DNA from: a candidate division TM6 bacterium GW2011_GWF2_28_16
GTDB lineage: Bacteria; Patescibacteriota; Microgenomatia; UBA1400; PJMF01
Length of the DNA stretch: 64,000 bases
Assembly (NCBI GenBank): GCA_001029715.1
Contig: CP011212.1
Location: 259,407 to 323,406, forward strand
Direction of reading: 5' to 3'
Shown: positions 40,138 to 51,402 of the stretch, piece after piece
How positions within the stretch are numbered: position 1 is the stretch's first letter
Layout of the letters: every line of letters starts with the position of its first letter
Translations under genes and position numbers: made by a program
Notes under the pieces: model-generated
Databases searched by the model: none
What the model saw: the letters and a program-made list of their open reading frames with translations, nothing else
Told to the model about the DNA's origin: nothing

Positions 40138-41538
40138 ATGCGTAAATTATATTGGTACATCAGTAGTTATGTGCGTAAACATGGTTGGATCTTCCTTGGT
40201 TCAATTGCCATAGCTCTCTTGTTTTTTTCTTTCTTATTACCTTTGGTCAATAAAAAATTAGCTTTAAAAAAAAGTACTTATATTGCCATTGTTGGTGAAT
40301 ATACTCTAAATGACCTGCCGAAGCCGATTAAAAATCAGCTCAGTGCCGGTCTAACTAAAATTGGTACCGACTTGCAAGCAGAACCATTATTGGCTGACAG
40401 ATGGGTAGTAGAAGATGATGGCAAGCAATATCGTTTTGTTTTAAAAAAAGAAGTTAAATGGCAGGATGGTCAGGCTTTAAAACCAGAAGATATTTATTAC
40501 AATTTTTCTGACGTACAAACGATTAGTACACCTAATGAAGTAATCTTTACTTTGCCAGAGGCCTTTTCTCCTTTTCCTGTTTCTGTGTCTGAGCCAATTT
40601 TTAAGACAGAGTGGCAAAAGAAAATTTTTTTTCCAGATAAAATGAAAATTATTGGTATTGGTCAATATAAAATGCTTGATTACAAGCTAAAAGGCAATAA
40701 TTTGAGTGAGTTTAAAATTGATGGTCCAGATGCTAGATATATTTATCGTTTTTACTTGACTGAAAATGAAGCAGTTAATGCTTTTAAAAAAGGCGAGATA
40801 GACGTGCTTCTAAATATTTCTAATTGCTATGATTTATGCGATTGGTCTAAGTTAGAAATGGCCAAAGAATTAGCTTATGACCGTTATTTAGCAGTTTTCT
40901 TTAATAATACAGATCCACTTTTAACTAAAAATGTTCGTCAAGCTCTTTCTTATATTTTGCTAAAAGATTATGGGAATGCTAGGGCTATAGGTCCAATTAA
41001 TCCCAATTCTTGGGCTTATTTGCAAGGAGGTAAGGATTATGGCAAAGATTATGATCGCGCTATTGAAAGATTGATGGATGATATGCCCAGAAATCCTCTT
41101 AATTTTGAATTGACCACTAGTTCAAATTTTATCGATGAGGCAGAAATGATGAAAAAAGAATGGCAGGATTTTTCATCTTTTGCTCTTGAAAAATGCCAAG
41201 TTAATAAAGCCATTCAAGATAAAAATTTGTGTCAAAACTTAGACATTAAAATTAATATTAAAATTAGTAATTTTCCAGATTTAGCTAATTATCAACTTTT
41301 ACTTATTGGTCAAGAATCTTCGATTGATCCTGATCAATACTTTATGTGGCATTCATCTCAGCCAACTAATTTTACTCATTATAAAAATACCAGAATAGAT
41401 AGTTTATTAGAAAAAGGTCGTAAATCTTTAGACTTTGAAGAACGCAAAACTATTTATCAGGAGTTCCAGCAATTTTTGCTAGAAGATCCTCCGGCAATTT
41501 TTCTTAGATATCTAGATAATTATTCGATTGCTCGCTAG
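40138..41538 (+). CDS. ABC substrate-binding protein, family 5 (OppA-like)
   Basis: PLLADRW, KWQDGQ, DPDQYFMWHS, NFTHYKN..ID.LLEKGR. Confidence 0.85.
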   Translation: MRKLYWYISSYVRKHGWIFLGSIAIALLFFSFLLPLVNKKLALKKSTYIAIVGEYTLNDLPKPIKNQLSAGLTKIGTDLQAEPLLADRWVVEDDGKQYRFVLKKEVKWQDGQALKPEDIYYNFSDVQTISTPNEVIFTLPEAFSPFPVSVSEPIFKTEWQKKIFFPDKMKIIGIGQYKMLDYKLKGNNLSEFKIDGPDARYIYRFYLTENEAVNAFKKGEIDVLLNISNCYDLCDWSKLEMAKELAYDRYLAVFFNNTDPLLTKNVRQALSYILLKDYGNARAIGPINPNSWAYLQGGKDYGKDYDRAIERLMDDMPRNPLNFELTTSSNFIDEAEMMKKEWQDFSSFALEKCQVNKAIQDKNLCQNLDIKINIKISNFPDLANYQLLLIGQESSIDPDQYFMWHSSQPTNFTHYKNTRIDSLLEKGRKSLDFEERKTIYQEFQQFLLEDPPAIFLRYLDNYSIAR

Positions 41539-41577
41539 TCACACTTCTTGTAATTTGGCTCATTGATAATAGAGCTA

Positions 41578-43296
41578 ATGAAAAAGTATTTTTTATTTTT
41601 AATTAGTTTCGTACTTTTATTTAATATTGCGCCAGCACGAGCACAAAGAATTTTTAGCGATGATTTTTCAGGAAATTTAGAAAAGTGGCAGCTAGTAAAT
41701 GGCGACATAAGCTATTGGCAAATTAGCAATCAAGCTTTATATGCAACCATTACTCAATCAAGAAAATTAAGTACCATTGTGCCAAAAGATGAGTTTTGGC
41801 AAGGAATGGATGAATACACAGTTGATTTTATTTTCAAGGTTTTTGATGATACTGATAAAAATTTTGTAGTTGGGATGAGAGATGCGGCTAATTTTTATGA
41901 TTTTCATTTTTATAGCAATAAATTAATCGTAGAAGATATTCGTAACGGTTTTTCTATACATAATGCAATGGTGCCTTTTGCATTGGAACTGAATCGAGAT
42001 TATTCAGTTCATATTTCTTATACTAAAGAAAAAATTGAGTTACTTATTGATGGCGAAAAAGTTTTTAATACTACTGAAAATTGGGCGCCACCTATTTATG
42101 GAGGGAAATTTGGCTTAAAAATTGCCACAGGCGGAGTGGCTCATTCCAGAGCTTTCTTCAATCAAGTTGAGGTTAAAGAAATTAATTCTAAGGATGTTTT
42201 ATTCAAACAAGATGATCCACTTTGGGCAATGGCTATTTATGATCATGCCGATATTTGGACTGATCATCCAGAAATGAGCAATTGGGCTTGTGCTCTTAGT
42301 TCAGCAGCGATGCTAATTCGAGCATACGGCTATCAATTTTTACCAAGTGGTGATGAGATTAATCCACTCTCACTCAACCGGTGGTTAATTGAACAAGGTG
42401 ATGGCTATATTGCAGAGGGCTTAGTTAATTGGTTAGCAATTAGTCGTTTATCAAGAATATTGAGTGAGCAAAGTGCCGATGTTTTACCTAAATTAGAATT
42501 TACTTACTTCAATGGAAGCGAAGAAGAAAACCTAAATGTTTTAAGAGAAAATTTAGTTGAAACTACTGGGCAAATTGCTGCTAGTGCTAATCATTTTTTT
42601 CTAGTTAAAGAATATCTTGAAAATTTACATGATTTTTCCATTAAGGATCCGCTTTATGGTCAGCTTTTGCTTTCAGAAAAAACAGAAAAAATTGTTTCTC
42701 TGCGTCTTTTTCAGCCAAGTTTTACTGACCTTAGCTATTTGCTATTGGTTTTACCAAAAGAATTTAATTTTTCTTTGACCACTGAGAATGGCGATGCAAT
42801 TGAGGACTTACAAAGTGTCGAAGAAGAAATTGTTGGGGAATTGGGAACGATTGGTCAAGATTATAAGCTAATTTATTATGCTAAACCTGAATCAGTTAAA
42901 CTAAATCTGTTTTTAAATACTTTTAATTTTAATAAGGAATTGCTAGACAAGGTAAAACTTTTCATTTATCAAAATGATGGTGATTTTCAGCTTATCAGCT
43001 TAAGTGATCTAATTGGCGAAGTGAAAAATTTTGATGAAGTTGATCAGTTTTTATTGAAGATAGATTATTCAAAAGAAGAAGAAAGCATTGTTAATTTAGA
43101 AATAATTGAAAAAACCGTTGATGAACAAAAGCAAAATACTCTCAATCAATTAGCTGTTCAATCAAATGAAGACTTTGAAAGTGGCAAACTTAGTTTTTAT
43201 CTTTTTTATCAGCTCAACTTATTAATTGATTCCTTGCGAGAGCATTTAGATTATTTTTTCTTACTCCAGAAGTTTTTAGATTTTCATAAGCTATAA
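41578..43296 (+). CDS. Secreted protein with a lectin-like beta-sandwich domain and a peptidase C39-like domain
   Basis: Signal peptide, FSDDFS start, KQDDPLW...CALSSAAM, HFFLV, DP. Confidence 0.65.
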   Translation: MKKYFLFLISFVLLFNIAPARAQRIFSDDFSGNLEKWQLVNGDISYWQISNQALYATITQSRKLSTIVPKDEFWQGMDEYTVDFIFKVFDDTDKNFVVGMRDAANFYDFHFYSNKLIVEDIRNGFSIHNAMVPFALELNRDYSVHISYTKEKIELLIDGEKVFNTTENWAPPIYGGKFGLKIATGGVAHSRAFFNQVEVKEINSKDVLFKQDDPLWAMAIYDHADIWTDHPEMSNWACALSSAAMLIRAYGYQFLPSGDEINPLSLNRWLIEQGDGYIAEGLVNWLAISRLSRILSEQSADVLPKLEFTYFNGSEEENLNVLRENLVETTGQIAASANHFFLVKEYLENLHDFSIKDPLYGQLLLSEKTEKIVSLRLFQPSFTDLSYLLLVLPKEFNFSLTTENGDAIEDLQSVEEEIVGELGTIGQDYKLIYYAKPESVKLNLFLNTFNFNKELLDKVKLFIYQNDGDFQLISLSDLIGEVKNFDEVDQFLLKIDYSKEEESIVNLEIIEKTVDEQKQNTLNQLAVQSNEDFESGKLSFYLFYQLNLLIDSLREHLDYFFLLQKFLDFHKL

Positions 43297-43304
43297 TTAG
43301 AGCT

Positions 43305-44393
43305 ATGAATTTTTGGCAAAAAATATTAGCAGAGAAAAAGATGATTTTAGCCTTATCGCCGATGGATGGGGTGACTGATTTTCCTTTTCGCGCAATTAAT
43401 AAAAAGTATGGCCAAGCTGATTTGATTTTCACAGAATTTGCTAGTGTCGAAGGTGTTTGCCGTAGCACTTCTACTAAAATTTTAAATCATTTTGATTTCA
43501 ATGATGCTCAGCGTCCATTAGTGGCGCAAGTTTTTGGTAAAACTCCGGCTTTTTTTAAGCAAGCTGCAGTCCTACTTTGCGAGCTAGGGGTTGATGGAAT
43601 TGATATCAATATGGGTTGTCCAGCGCCAACTGTTGCCAATCATGGTTCTGGAGCAGCTATTATAAAAAATCCAGAATTAGCAAAAGAGCTTATTAGAGTA
43701 GTTCAAGAAGGAATTGCAGAATGGAAAAATGGTTTGGAGTTAAAAGATTGCCCAGATATTTCTCCTAAGACTGTTATGGCGGTCGCAGATAAGAAAAAGA
43801 ATTTCGCATTGCCAGATATTGATCGCAAAAAAATTCCAACTGTTTCTGTTAAAACCAGAATTGGTTTTGATCATGAGGAAATAGATACCTGGCTTCCGCA
43901 CTTGCTAGGAATGCGGCTCGTCGCTATTTCTCTACACGGGCGCACTCTCAAACAAGGCTACTCCGGCAAGGCCGATTGGTCAGTTATCGGGCGAGCCGCA
44001 GCACTTATCAAAAAAGAAGATCCCTCAGTTGTTTTTCTTGGTAATGGTGACGTGACAGATTATGAAGAAGCAATGGAAAAAGTTAAGCAATATAACTTAG
44101 ATGGTGTATTAATTGGTCGAGCTAGTTTTGGTCAGCCTTTTATTTTCCTGCCAAAGGCAGAACGAGAAAAAGCTTTGGCAGAAAAAAACATTTTTAAAAT
44201 TGCTTTGGAACACGCCAAGCTATTTGAAGCTACTTATCCTGAGAGCGAGGGCTATAAATTTTTACCAATGCGTAAACATTTGGCATGGTACACTAAAGGC
44301 GTGGAACAAGCAGCTTTGATTAGATCTGAATTAGTGCGTAGCAATAATTCCTTAGAAGTAGAAGCAGTTCTACGTAAATACAAATTGATTTAA
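43305..44393 (+). CDS. tRNA-dihydrouridine synthase (DusB-like)
   Basis: PMDGVTD, DINMGCP, SVKTRIG, HGRT, GNGD, IGRA. Confidence 0.93.
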   Translation: MNFWQKILAEKKMILALSPMDGVTDFPFRAINKKYGQADLIFTEFASVEGVCRSTSTKILNHFDFNDAQRPLVAQVFGKTPAFFKQAAVLLCELGVDGIDINMGCPAPTVANHGSGAAIIKNPELAKELIRVVQEGIAEWKNGLELKDCPDISPKTVMAVADKKKNFALPDIDRKKIPTVSVKTRIGFDHEEIDTWLPHLLGMRLVAISLHGRTLKQGYSGKADWSVIGRAAALIKKEDPSVVFLGNGDVTDYEEAMEKVKQYNLDGVLIGRASFGQPFIFLPKAEREKALAEKNIFKIALEHAKLFEATYPESEGYKFLPMRKHLAWYTKGVEQAALIRSELVRSNNSLEVEAVLRKYKLI

Positions 44394-44402
44394 ATCAAAA
44401 AA

Positions 44403-47400
44403 ATGACTAATTTTGAAGAAGCCTATCAGAGTCTTAATTCTCTGCAAAAAGCAGCTGTTGATCATATTGAGCAGGGGCCACTGCTCTTGATTGCTGGTCC
44501 AGGTACTGGTAAAACTCAAGTTCTTTCTCTGCGTATCGCCAATATTTTGAAACAAACCGATGCCAGACCAGATACAATTTTAGCTCTAACTTTCACTGAA
44601 GCTGCCGCTAAAAACATGCGCGAGCGTTTACTGACCATTATTGGTAAAGATGCTTATTACGTTAATATCAGTACTTTTCACTCTTTTTGTCGTCAGGTTA
44701 TTGCTGAACATGGTGAGTATTTTCCTTTACCGAGGGAAAGTGAACATCTTAATGACTTAGATCGCTATCAGCTTTTTGAACAATTATTAGATGAGCTAAA
44801 GCCAGAGCATTTGCGACCAATCAACGATCAATATTATTATGTTAATGACATTATCAAAGCCATTTCTGATTTAAAGAGAGAAGGTATTTCTGTTTTACAA
44901 TTTGAAGAAATGTTGCGCGCTGAAGAGCAAGATCTTTTGGAGTTCAAAGAAAGCAGTAAAAATAAAACTAAAATTGCTAGCTTTGAGAAAAAAGTTGCTA
45001 AGAATAAGAATTTACTTTTACTCTATCAAGCTTATCAGGATCATCTTCGTCAATCTTTGCGTTTTGATTATGATGACATGATTAATTTTGTAGTTGATGC
45101 TTTCAGTGAGAATGAACTTTTACTTCGTGAATATCAAGAAAATTTACACTATTTTTTGGTGGATGAATATCAAGATACTAACTCTGCTCAGAATAAACTA
45201 ATTGATTTACTTGTTTCTTATTGGGAGGAAAAAGAAGGCATGGCCGATCTTTTTGCCGTTGGCGATCCGAATCAAGCGATTTATCGTTTTCAAGGTGCTT
45301 CAGTGGAGAATGTTTTGGCTTTTACGCGTAGTTATCCCAATGCTACAGTGATTACTTTAGACACTGCCTATCGTTGTCCGCAAAATATTTATGATTTGGC
45401 GACGCAAATCATCTCTTACAATAAACTTTCAAAGTTAAGCAATAGTGATGAGAAAATCCAATTGGTGACGAAGCTAAAAAGTCCTAAAGGTGATGGTGAA
45501 AAAATTAAATTTTTTAAATCCCCTTCACAAATTTTAGAAGCAGTGGCAGTGGTTGAAGAAATAAACAAACTTAAAAAAGCTGAAGTTCCTTTTGCTGAAA
45601 TTGCTGTTTTATATCGCAACCATTCCGATGCCAATGATTTAATTGAGGCTTTAGAGAAATGGGGTATTCCTTATCAATTAAGCAAAGGCAATGATGTTTT
45701 ACAAAATCAGCACATTGATGAATTACTTATCTTAATGACCCTGATTACTAAGATTAGAGAGGCTCAGGAAGCAGATTTATTATATAGAGCGATGACTTTT
45801 TCTTGGCTAGGTTTAGATTCTGCTGTAGTGATGAAATTGGGTCGAGTGGCCGGTAAAATAAGAATAGACCTTTATGATTTAATAGGCAGAGGTCTTAAAT
45901 TCATTAATCAAGAATTAAAAGATCAAGAAATTACTGAAGAAGAATTTAATATTATTTTGGCTTTCATAGATAAACTCAAGGATTTTTCCAAAAAAGATCA
46001 GTCTTTAACTTTTAATCATTTTTTTGAAGAATTAATTAGTGATAAAGGTTTTGGTTTTTTGACTTTTATCAAAAACTTAGCAGATGGTTTTGAGCAAATT
46101 ACTATTCTCAATGCGCTCTTTGCAGAAGTTAAATCTATGCTTGCCAAAGATCATCAGTTACATTTGGAATCTTTTCTCAGCCAAATTAATGTCTATAAAA
46201 ATCATAATATTAAAATTCAAAGTAAAAATTTACTGAATAATCAGGATGCAGTTTTCCTTTCAACGGTTCACAGTGCCAAAGGCATGGAATGGGAGCATGT
46301 TTTTTTGATTAATTTAGTTGATAAAAAGTGGGGCAATAAAAGAGATAATAATAAAATAAAATTGCCGGCTGGGATTATCAAAAATACTGATATATCTGAA
46401 AAAGAACGCAATGAAGATGATCGTCGTCTTTTTTATGTAGCCTTAAGTCGTGCTAAAACGCAACTTCATCTAAGCTATCCAGAAAAAATTATTGAAAACA
46501 ATCAAAGCAGTGATAAGTTTCCGTCAATCTTTTTAGAGGAACTGAAAGAAATTGAAGTGAATTTGCAGAAGCAATTTTTGGAAACTGAGCTTAAACAGGA
46601 AATTTTAGATAATGTTGAAATTCATCTGAGTAGATTAATGTCTCCAGCACCAGTTCGTTCTTTTGTGAATAGCGAACGTGAGTTTCTAAATTCTTTAGTC
46701 AAAGACTTTCAATTATCAGTTACGGCTCTTAATACTTATTTACGCGATCCGCAAGAATTTTTAGAAAATAATTTACTGAGAATTCCTCGTGCCAAAGAAA
46801 CCTTTATGTCTTTTGGAACAGCTGTCCACGTTTCTTTAGAGCGATTCTACAAGTTGGAAAAGCAAACTAAAGAAATTCCGAAATTAGAATTTTTGCTAAA
46901 AGAATTTGGAGTGGCGTTGCAAAAAGAAATTTTGAATGCAAGTGATTTAGCTGATCAGCTTAAACATGGCCAAGAAATTTTGACGAGTTATTATAATGAT
47001 CGTTTAATTGTGCCAGTTAATGTTTTTGATGTGGAAAGAAGTTTCGGTGGAGGACGTAGGATAATGTTGGGAGACATCCAACTTTCTGGAAAAATTGATC
47101 GCATTGATTTGATTGATGCAGAGCGTGGGCTTTTAGCTGTTTATGATTACAAAACTGGCAAGCCAAAAACTCGTGGAGGAATTGAAGCGACTAGTAAAAC
47201 TTATCAAAAAGATTTTTCAGAACGTGAGCTTAATTTACCAGAAACAATTCGCGGACCATATAAGCGCCAATTAATTTTTTATAAAATTCTTCTAGGTTTA
47301 GACAGAACAATTAATCCAAATTGGCAAGTTAGCGAAGCTATTTTTGAATTTGTTGAACCTAAAGAAAAAGGCAGTGATAAACACATTGCTCAATCCTATT

Positions 47401-47501
47401 CAATTACTGATGAAGAAGTAGCTGATCTAAAACAATTGATTAAAGAAGTGATGAAAGAAATTCGTTCACTTAGTTTTCTTGATACAATTCTTTTAAAGTA
47501 A
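44403..47501 (+). CDS. UvrD/PcrA-like helicase with C-terminal PD-(D/E)XK nuclease
   Basis: AGPGTGKT, VDEYQDTN, GDPNQAIYRFQGA, TVHSAKGMEW, RRLFYVALSRA, GKIDRID..DYKTG. Confidence 0.93.
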   Translation: MTNFEEAYQSLNSLQKAAVDHIEQGPLLLIAGPGTGKTQVLSLRIANILKQTDARPDTILALTFTEAAAKNMRERLLTIIGKDAYYVNISTFHSFCRQVIAEHGEYFPLPRESEHLNDLDRYQLFEQLLDELKPEHLRPINDQYYYVNDIIKAISDLKREGISVLQFEEMLRAEEQDLLEFKESSKNKTKIASFEKKVAKNKNLLLLYQAYQDHLRQSLRFDYDDMINFVVDAFSENELLLREYQENLHYFLVDEYQDTNSAQNKLIDLLVSYWEEKEGMADLFAVGDPNQAIYRFQGASVENVLAFTRSYPNATVITLDTAYRCPQNIYDLATQIISYNKLSKLSNSDEKIQLVTKLKSPKGDGEKIKFFKSPSQILEAVAVVEEINKLKKAEVPFAEIAVLYRNHSDANDLIEALEKWGIPYQLSKGNDVLQNQHIDELLILMTLITKIREAQEADLLYRAMTFSWLGLDSAVVMKLGRVAGKIRIDLYDLIGRGLKFINQELKDQEITEEEFNIILAFIDKLKDFSKKDQSLTFNHFFEELISDKGFGFLTFIKNLADGFEQITILNALFAEVKSMLAKDHQLHLESFLSQINVYKNHNIKIQSKNLLNNQDAVFLSTVHSAKGMEWEHVFLINLVDKKWGNKRDNNKIKLPAGIIKNTDISEKERNEDDRRLFYVALSRAKTQLHLSYPEKIIENNQSSDKFPSIFLEELKEIEVNLQKQFLETELKQEILDNVEIHLSRLMSPAPVRSFVNSEREFLNSLVKDFQLSVTALNTYLRDPQEFLENNLLRIPRAKETFMSFGTAVHVSLERFYKLEKQTKEIPKLEFLLKEFGVALQKEILNASDLADQLKHGQEILTSYYNDRLIVPVNVFDVERSFGGGRRIMLGDIQLSGKIDRIDLIDAERGLLAVYDYKTGKPKTRGGIEATSKTYQKDFSERELNLPETIRGPYKRQLIFYKILLGLDRTINPNWQVSEAIFEFVEPKEKGSDKHIAQSYSITDEEVADLKQLIKEVMKEIRSLSFLDTILLK

Positions 47502-48078
47502 TGCTATCGATATCTCTTTGTGAGATGATTAATTCTTCTTTTGGAAAAGGCCACTGAATATTTAAATCTGGATCAAAAATAGAAACGGCCAAATCATCTT
47601 TTTTATCTCTTTCATGATAAAGCATATCGACGCCATAGAGATAGTGCATTGGACCTTCTACTGCACAGACGGAATTACCAATTTTTTTAGTGATATAAAG
47701 AGACTCACCCCATTCATTGTTAGGGTCGGCGATAAAATCAAAATATTCAACGTTTTTATAAGTTGGTGAATCATTGCGGACATCAGCTAAAGCACAAAAA
47801 GCGTGACCCTCTACTATGGTAATTAATTTATTCCAGCCTTCGGTGTGAATGCCCCTAGCGATTTTGCTTCTGGAAACTGATAAATTAACTTGTTTAATTT
47901 GAAAGTTTGGATTAATGCCCGCAGCCTTAATTCTTTCTGGTTCTAGAATTTGTGAAAAAAATCCGCGGTCATCAATGAACTTTTTATATTTAATATAATA
48001 AAGACCATCAATGTTGGTTTTAAAAATATTTTCTGCAATTTCTAATTCTTTTTTTGGACTGTAGTAGTTGATTGCCAT
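47470..48078 (-). CDS. dTDP-4-dehydrorhamnose 3,5-epimerase family protein (RmlC-like)
   Basis: DDRGFF, QVNLSVS, RGIH, DVRNDSPTY, DPDLNIQWP; ATG at 48078. Confidence 0.85.
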   Translation of the reverse strand: MAINYYSPKKELEIAENIFKTNIDGLYYIKYKKFIDDRGFFSQILEPERIKAAGINPNFQIKQVNLSVSRSKIARGIHTEGWNKLITIVEGHAFCALADVRNDSPTYKNVEYFDFIADPNNEWGESLYITKKIGNSVCAVEGPMHYLYGVDMLYHERDKKDDLAVSIFDPDLNIQWPFPKEELIISQRDIDSITLKELYQEN

Positions 48079-48174
48079 AATGGTTTTTAGTCTAACACAA
48101 GACGCACATTTTATTAAGTCATGACTTTCTATCTTCAAAAATTCGCCAATGCATGTAAAATTGACAAACAAACT

Positions 48175-49383
48175 ATGTCAGATTCTTATACCCCGCCACA
48201 AAATATCATTGATAAATATGCGCATGTTTTAGTTAACTTCGCGCTTAATTCTGGAACAGGTGTTAAAAGAGGTGAGGTGGTGCAATGTATTGTTCCCGAT
48301 GTAGCTAAACCCATGGCTTTGGCGCTCCAAAATACTTTGTTAAAAGCTGGAGCTCATCCAGTGATTCGCTTAATTCCATCTGGTTTTGATCGTGATTTTT
48401 ACAATTTAGCTAGTGACGAACAATTGGGCTTTTTTCCAAGAAAATTTTTGAAAGCTCGTGCTGATTTAATTGATCATCAAATTGGTATCATTGCAGAATC
48501 AGATCCCATGGAATTATCAGAGGTTGATCCGCGCAAGATTATGTTAATGCGTAACAGTCAAAAACCCTATCGTGATTGGTTGGTGACCAAAGAAAACCGT
48601 AATTTATTTACTTGGACTTTGGCACTGTGGGGTATGCCAGCCAAAGCCAAAGAAGTTGGTTTGAGCCTTGAAGATTATTGGCAACAGATTATTAAAGCTT
48701 GTTTCTTGGATGAAGCAGATCCAGTGGCTAAATGGCGAGAAGTTTTTACCATGCAAGAAGATATTAAGAAAAAGTTAAATGACATGCGCATCCAATATGT
48801 TATCGTCAAAGGTGAAGACGTAGACTTAACTGTTAAAATTGGTGCAGATCGCATTTGGCAAGGTGGTAGCGGGCGCAATATTCCTAGTTTTGAAATTTTT
48901 ACTTCTCCTGATTGGCGAGGAGTCGATGGATGGATTCGCTTTAATGAGCCGCTTTATCGTTACGGCAATGTCATTAGAGACATTTATTTGCGAGTAGAAC
49001 ATGGACTCATAGTGGAAGCTAAAGCTAAAACTGGCAACAAGTTTTTGCAAGCAATGTTAGAAACTAAAAATGCTAATAAGTTCGGTGAATTTTCCATGAC
49101 CGACAAGCGTATGTCTCACATCACTCATCCAATGGCAGAAACTTTATTTGATGAAAATATTGGTGGTCGTTTTGGTAATTCGCATTTAGCGATTGGCATG
49201 GCTTATAAAGATTGTTACCGTGGTAATCCAGATGCTGTCAAAGCAAATCAGTGGAAAGCAATGGGTTTTAATGACAGTGCTGAACACACCGACATGATGA
49301 CTACAACCGATCGCAGTGTGACTGCGGTTTTGGCAGATGGTAAAGAAGTTTTGATTTATGAAGATGGTCAATTTGTAGTTTAA
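48175..49383 (+). CDS. Aminopeptidase, M29 family (AmpS/PepS)
   Basis: NIPSFEIFTSP, GEF, LFDEN, HLAIG.AY, NDSAEHTDM. Confidence 0.93.
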   Translation: MSDSYTPPQNIIDKYAHVLVNFALNSGTGVKRGEVVQCIVPDVAKPMALALQNTLLKAGAHPVIRLIPSGFDRDFYNLASDEQLGFFPRKFLKARADLIDHQIGIIAESDPMELSEVDPRKIMLMRNSQKPYRDWLVTKENRNLFTWTLALWGMPAKAKEVGLSLEDYWQQIIKACFLDEADPVAKWREVFTMQEDIKKKLNDMRIQYVIVKGEDVDLTVKIGADRIWQGGSGRNIPSFEIFTSPDWRGVDGWIRFNEPLYRYGNVIRDIYLRVEHGLIVEAKAKTGNKFLQAMLETKNANKFGEFSMTDKRMSHITHPMAETLFDENIGGRFGNSHLAIGMAYKDCYRGNPDAVKANQWKAMGFNDSAEHTDMMTTTDRSVTAVLADGKEVLIYEDGQFVV

Positions 49384-49403
49384 TTTAGTGCTAAAATAGC
49401 GAC

Positions 49404-50180
49404 ATGACAATTAATTCAGATCATCAGTTAATCAAATATCAAGAAATCGGCAAAAAATCTACAGAAATGCTTTGGCAACTTTGGGAGGCCACTATTGAAG
49501 GGGCTACTCCAGCTCAAATCGATGATTTGGCGACGCGACTTTGTCAGCGCTATAACGTCACCTCAGCCTTTAAAGGAGTTGGTTCCAGAAAAAATCCTTA
49601 TCGTTATGTAACTTGTATCAATGTAAATGATGGCGTGGTTCATGGCATACCAAGCACAATTCCTTTGCAAAAAGGCGATATCGTCAAAGTTGATTTTGGC
49701 ATTATTGATGAAGGTTTTTATACCGATCATTGTTTTACTAAGTCCATTGGCGAGCCTAGCGAAGAAGATTTGCTTCTGATGAAAACTGCTCGCCGCGCCG
49801 TTCAAGAAGCGGCTCGCAAAGCTATTGTTGGTAATAAAGTTGGAGACTTGGGTTTTACCATGCAGAGTGTGGCAGAAAAAGTTGGTTTTAGCACTGTCAA
49901 AGAATTTGTTGGTCATGGCATTGGCTTCACTATGCACGATGAGCCACAGATTCCGGCTTGGGGCAAAATCCGCCAAGGTTTGACGCTTGAAAGAGGTCAG
50001 GTGCTCTGTGTTGAGGCGCAGGTAATTGCTTCTAAAGACGATGGAGTTTATATGGATGAAGATGGTTGGACCATTCGTTCTGAATCTGGAGCCAAAGCAG
50101 CTATGTTTGAATATATGGTCGTAGTTCAAGAAAAAAAGCCAGTTTTTCTAACCCCAACTTTGCAGTGGCCACTTTACTAA
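49404..50180 (+). CDS. map: Methionine aminopeptidase type I
   Basis: VVHGIP, KVDFG..D, GHGIG..MHDEP. Confidence 0.92.
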   Translation: MTINSDHQLIKYQEIGKKSTEMLWQLWEATIEGATPAQIDDLATRLCQRYNVTSAFKGVGSRKNPYRYVTCINVNDGVVHGIPSTIPLQKGDIVKVDFGIIDEGFYTDHCFTKSIGEPSEEDLLLMKTARRAVQEAARKAIVGNKVGDLGFTMQSVAEKVGFSTVKEFVGHGIGFTMHDEPQIPAWGKIRQGLTLERGQVLCVEAQVIASKDDGVYMDEDGWTIRSESGAKAAMFEYMVVVQEKKPVFLTPTLQWPLY

Positions 50181-50235
50181 AATCTGATTTCCCTTTTGCT
50201 TTTTTCTCTGGAGGAGTGTATAATTATACATTCTT

Positions 50236-51390
50236 ATGACCGACAAAAGCCTCTCCGAACCAAAAACCCCAAAAACCAAAACTGAAGATAAAGTTAAGGT
50301 CAAAAAAATTCCTAAATCTCTTCAAGAAGATATTAAGAAATTATTCAAAACTGCTAGTTCTCGTGGTTATGTAACCCAAGATGAAATTTTGGATGTTTTT
50401 GTGGAACCAGAAATTTATGTTGAAGAATTAGATGATCTTTATGATCGTTTTTTTAAGAAAAGTATTGATATTTTTGAATCAGTTTCTAAGGATGAAACTG
50501 CTGGCGATGAAGATGTTCTCAAACAAGAATTAGATGTTTTGGCCAACCTTGGTAGCGTGGGTGTTTCCGATCCAGTGAGAATGTACCTTAAAGAAATTGG
50601 TCGTATTTCTCTGCTTAATAGAGAAGATGAAATTCGTTTGGCTCAAGAAGTTGAATCAGGTAGTCTTAAGGCCAAGAAGAATCTAATTGATGCTAATTTA
50701 CGTTTGGTGGTTTCTATCGCTAAAAAATATATTGGTCGCGGAATGACTTTCTTGGATTTGATTCAGGAAGGTAATAAGGGTTTGATTCGTGCGGTCGAAA
50801 AATATGATTGGACCAAAGGTTTTAAATTTTCTACCTACGCCACTTGGTGGATTCGTCAGGCCATTACTCGTTCCATTGCTGATCAGGCTCGTACTATTCG
50901 TATTCCTGTGCACATGGTTGAAACCATCAATAAATTAATGCGTACCTCACGTCGCTTAATGCAGGATCTTGGTCGTGAACCTACCCCAGAAGAAGTGGGT
51001 GAAAAGATGGAGCTCGAACCAGAAAAAGTTCGCGAGATTTTGAAGATTTCTCAAAACACTACTTCGCTTGAAACCCCAGTCGGTGATGGTGAAGATGATA
51101 GTACTTTGGGCGATTTCATCGCTGATGACAAGCAAGACAGTCCTTATGACACTACCAGTAAGCAAATGCTTTCTGAAAATGTCGAAGAGGTTTTGAAGGC
51201 TTTGTCAGACCGTGAAGCCAAGGTTTTGCGTATGCGTTTTGGTTTAGCTGGCAACAGAACTATGACTTTGGAAGAAGTTGGTAAAGAATTTGGTGTCACT
51301 CGTGAGCGTATTCGTCAAATTGAAGCCAAGGCTCTTCGTAAACTTAAACATCCAAGCAAACGCAAAAAATTACAAGATTTCTTGGAGTAA
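50236..51390 (+). CDS. rpoD: RNA polymerase primary sigma factor
   Basis: [53 protein letters not shown]. Confidence 0.97.
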   Translation: MTDKSLSEPKTPKTKTEDKVKVKKIPKSLQEDIKKLFKTASSRGYVTQDEILDVFVEPEIYVEELDDLYDRFFKKSIDIFESVSKDETAGDEDVLKQELDVLANLGSVGVSDPVRMYLKEIGRISLLNREDEIRLAQEVESGSLKAKKNLIDANLRLVVSIAKKYIGRGMTFLDLIQEGNKGLIRAVEKYDWTKGFKFSTYATWWIRQAITRSIADQARTIRIPVHMVETINKLMRTSRRLMQDLGREPTPEEVGEKMELEPEKVREILKISQNTTSLETPVGDGEDDSTLGDFIADDKQDSPYDTTSKQMLSENVEEVLKALSDREAKVLRMRFGLAGNRTMTLEEVGKEFGVTRERIRQIEAKALRKLKHPSKRKKLQDFLE

Positions 51391-51402
51391 AATTTTCTGC
51401 CT

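Noticed and set aside
49563-50129. 188-aa antisense ORF and the other short shadow ORFs in the track
   Set aside because: They lie within well-supported genes in other frames or strands and show no motifs
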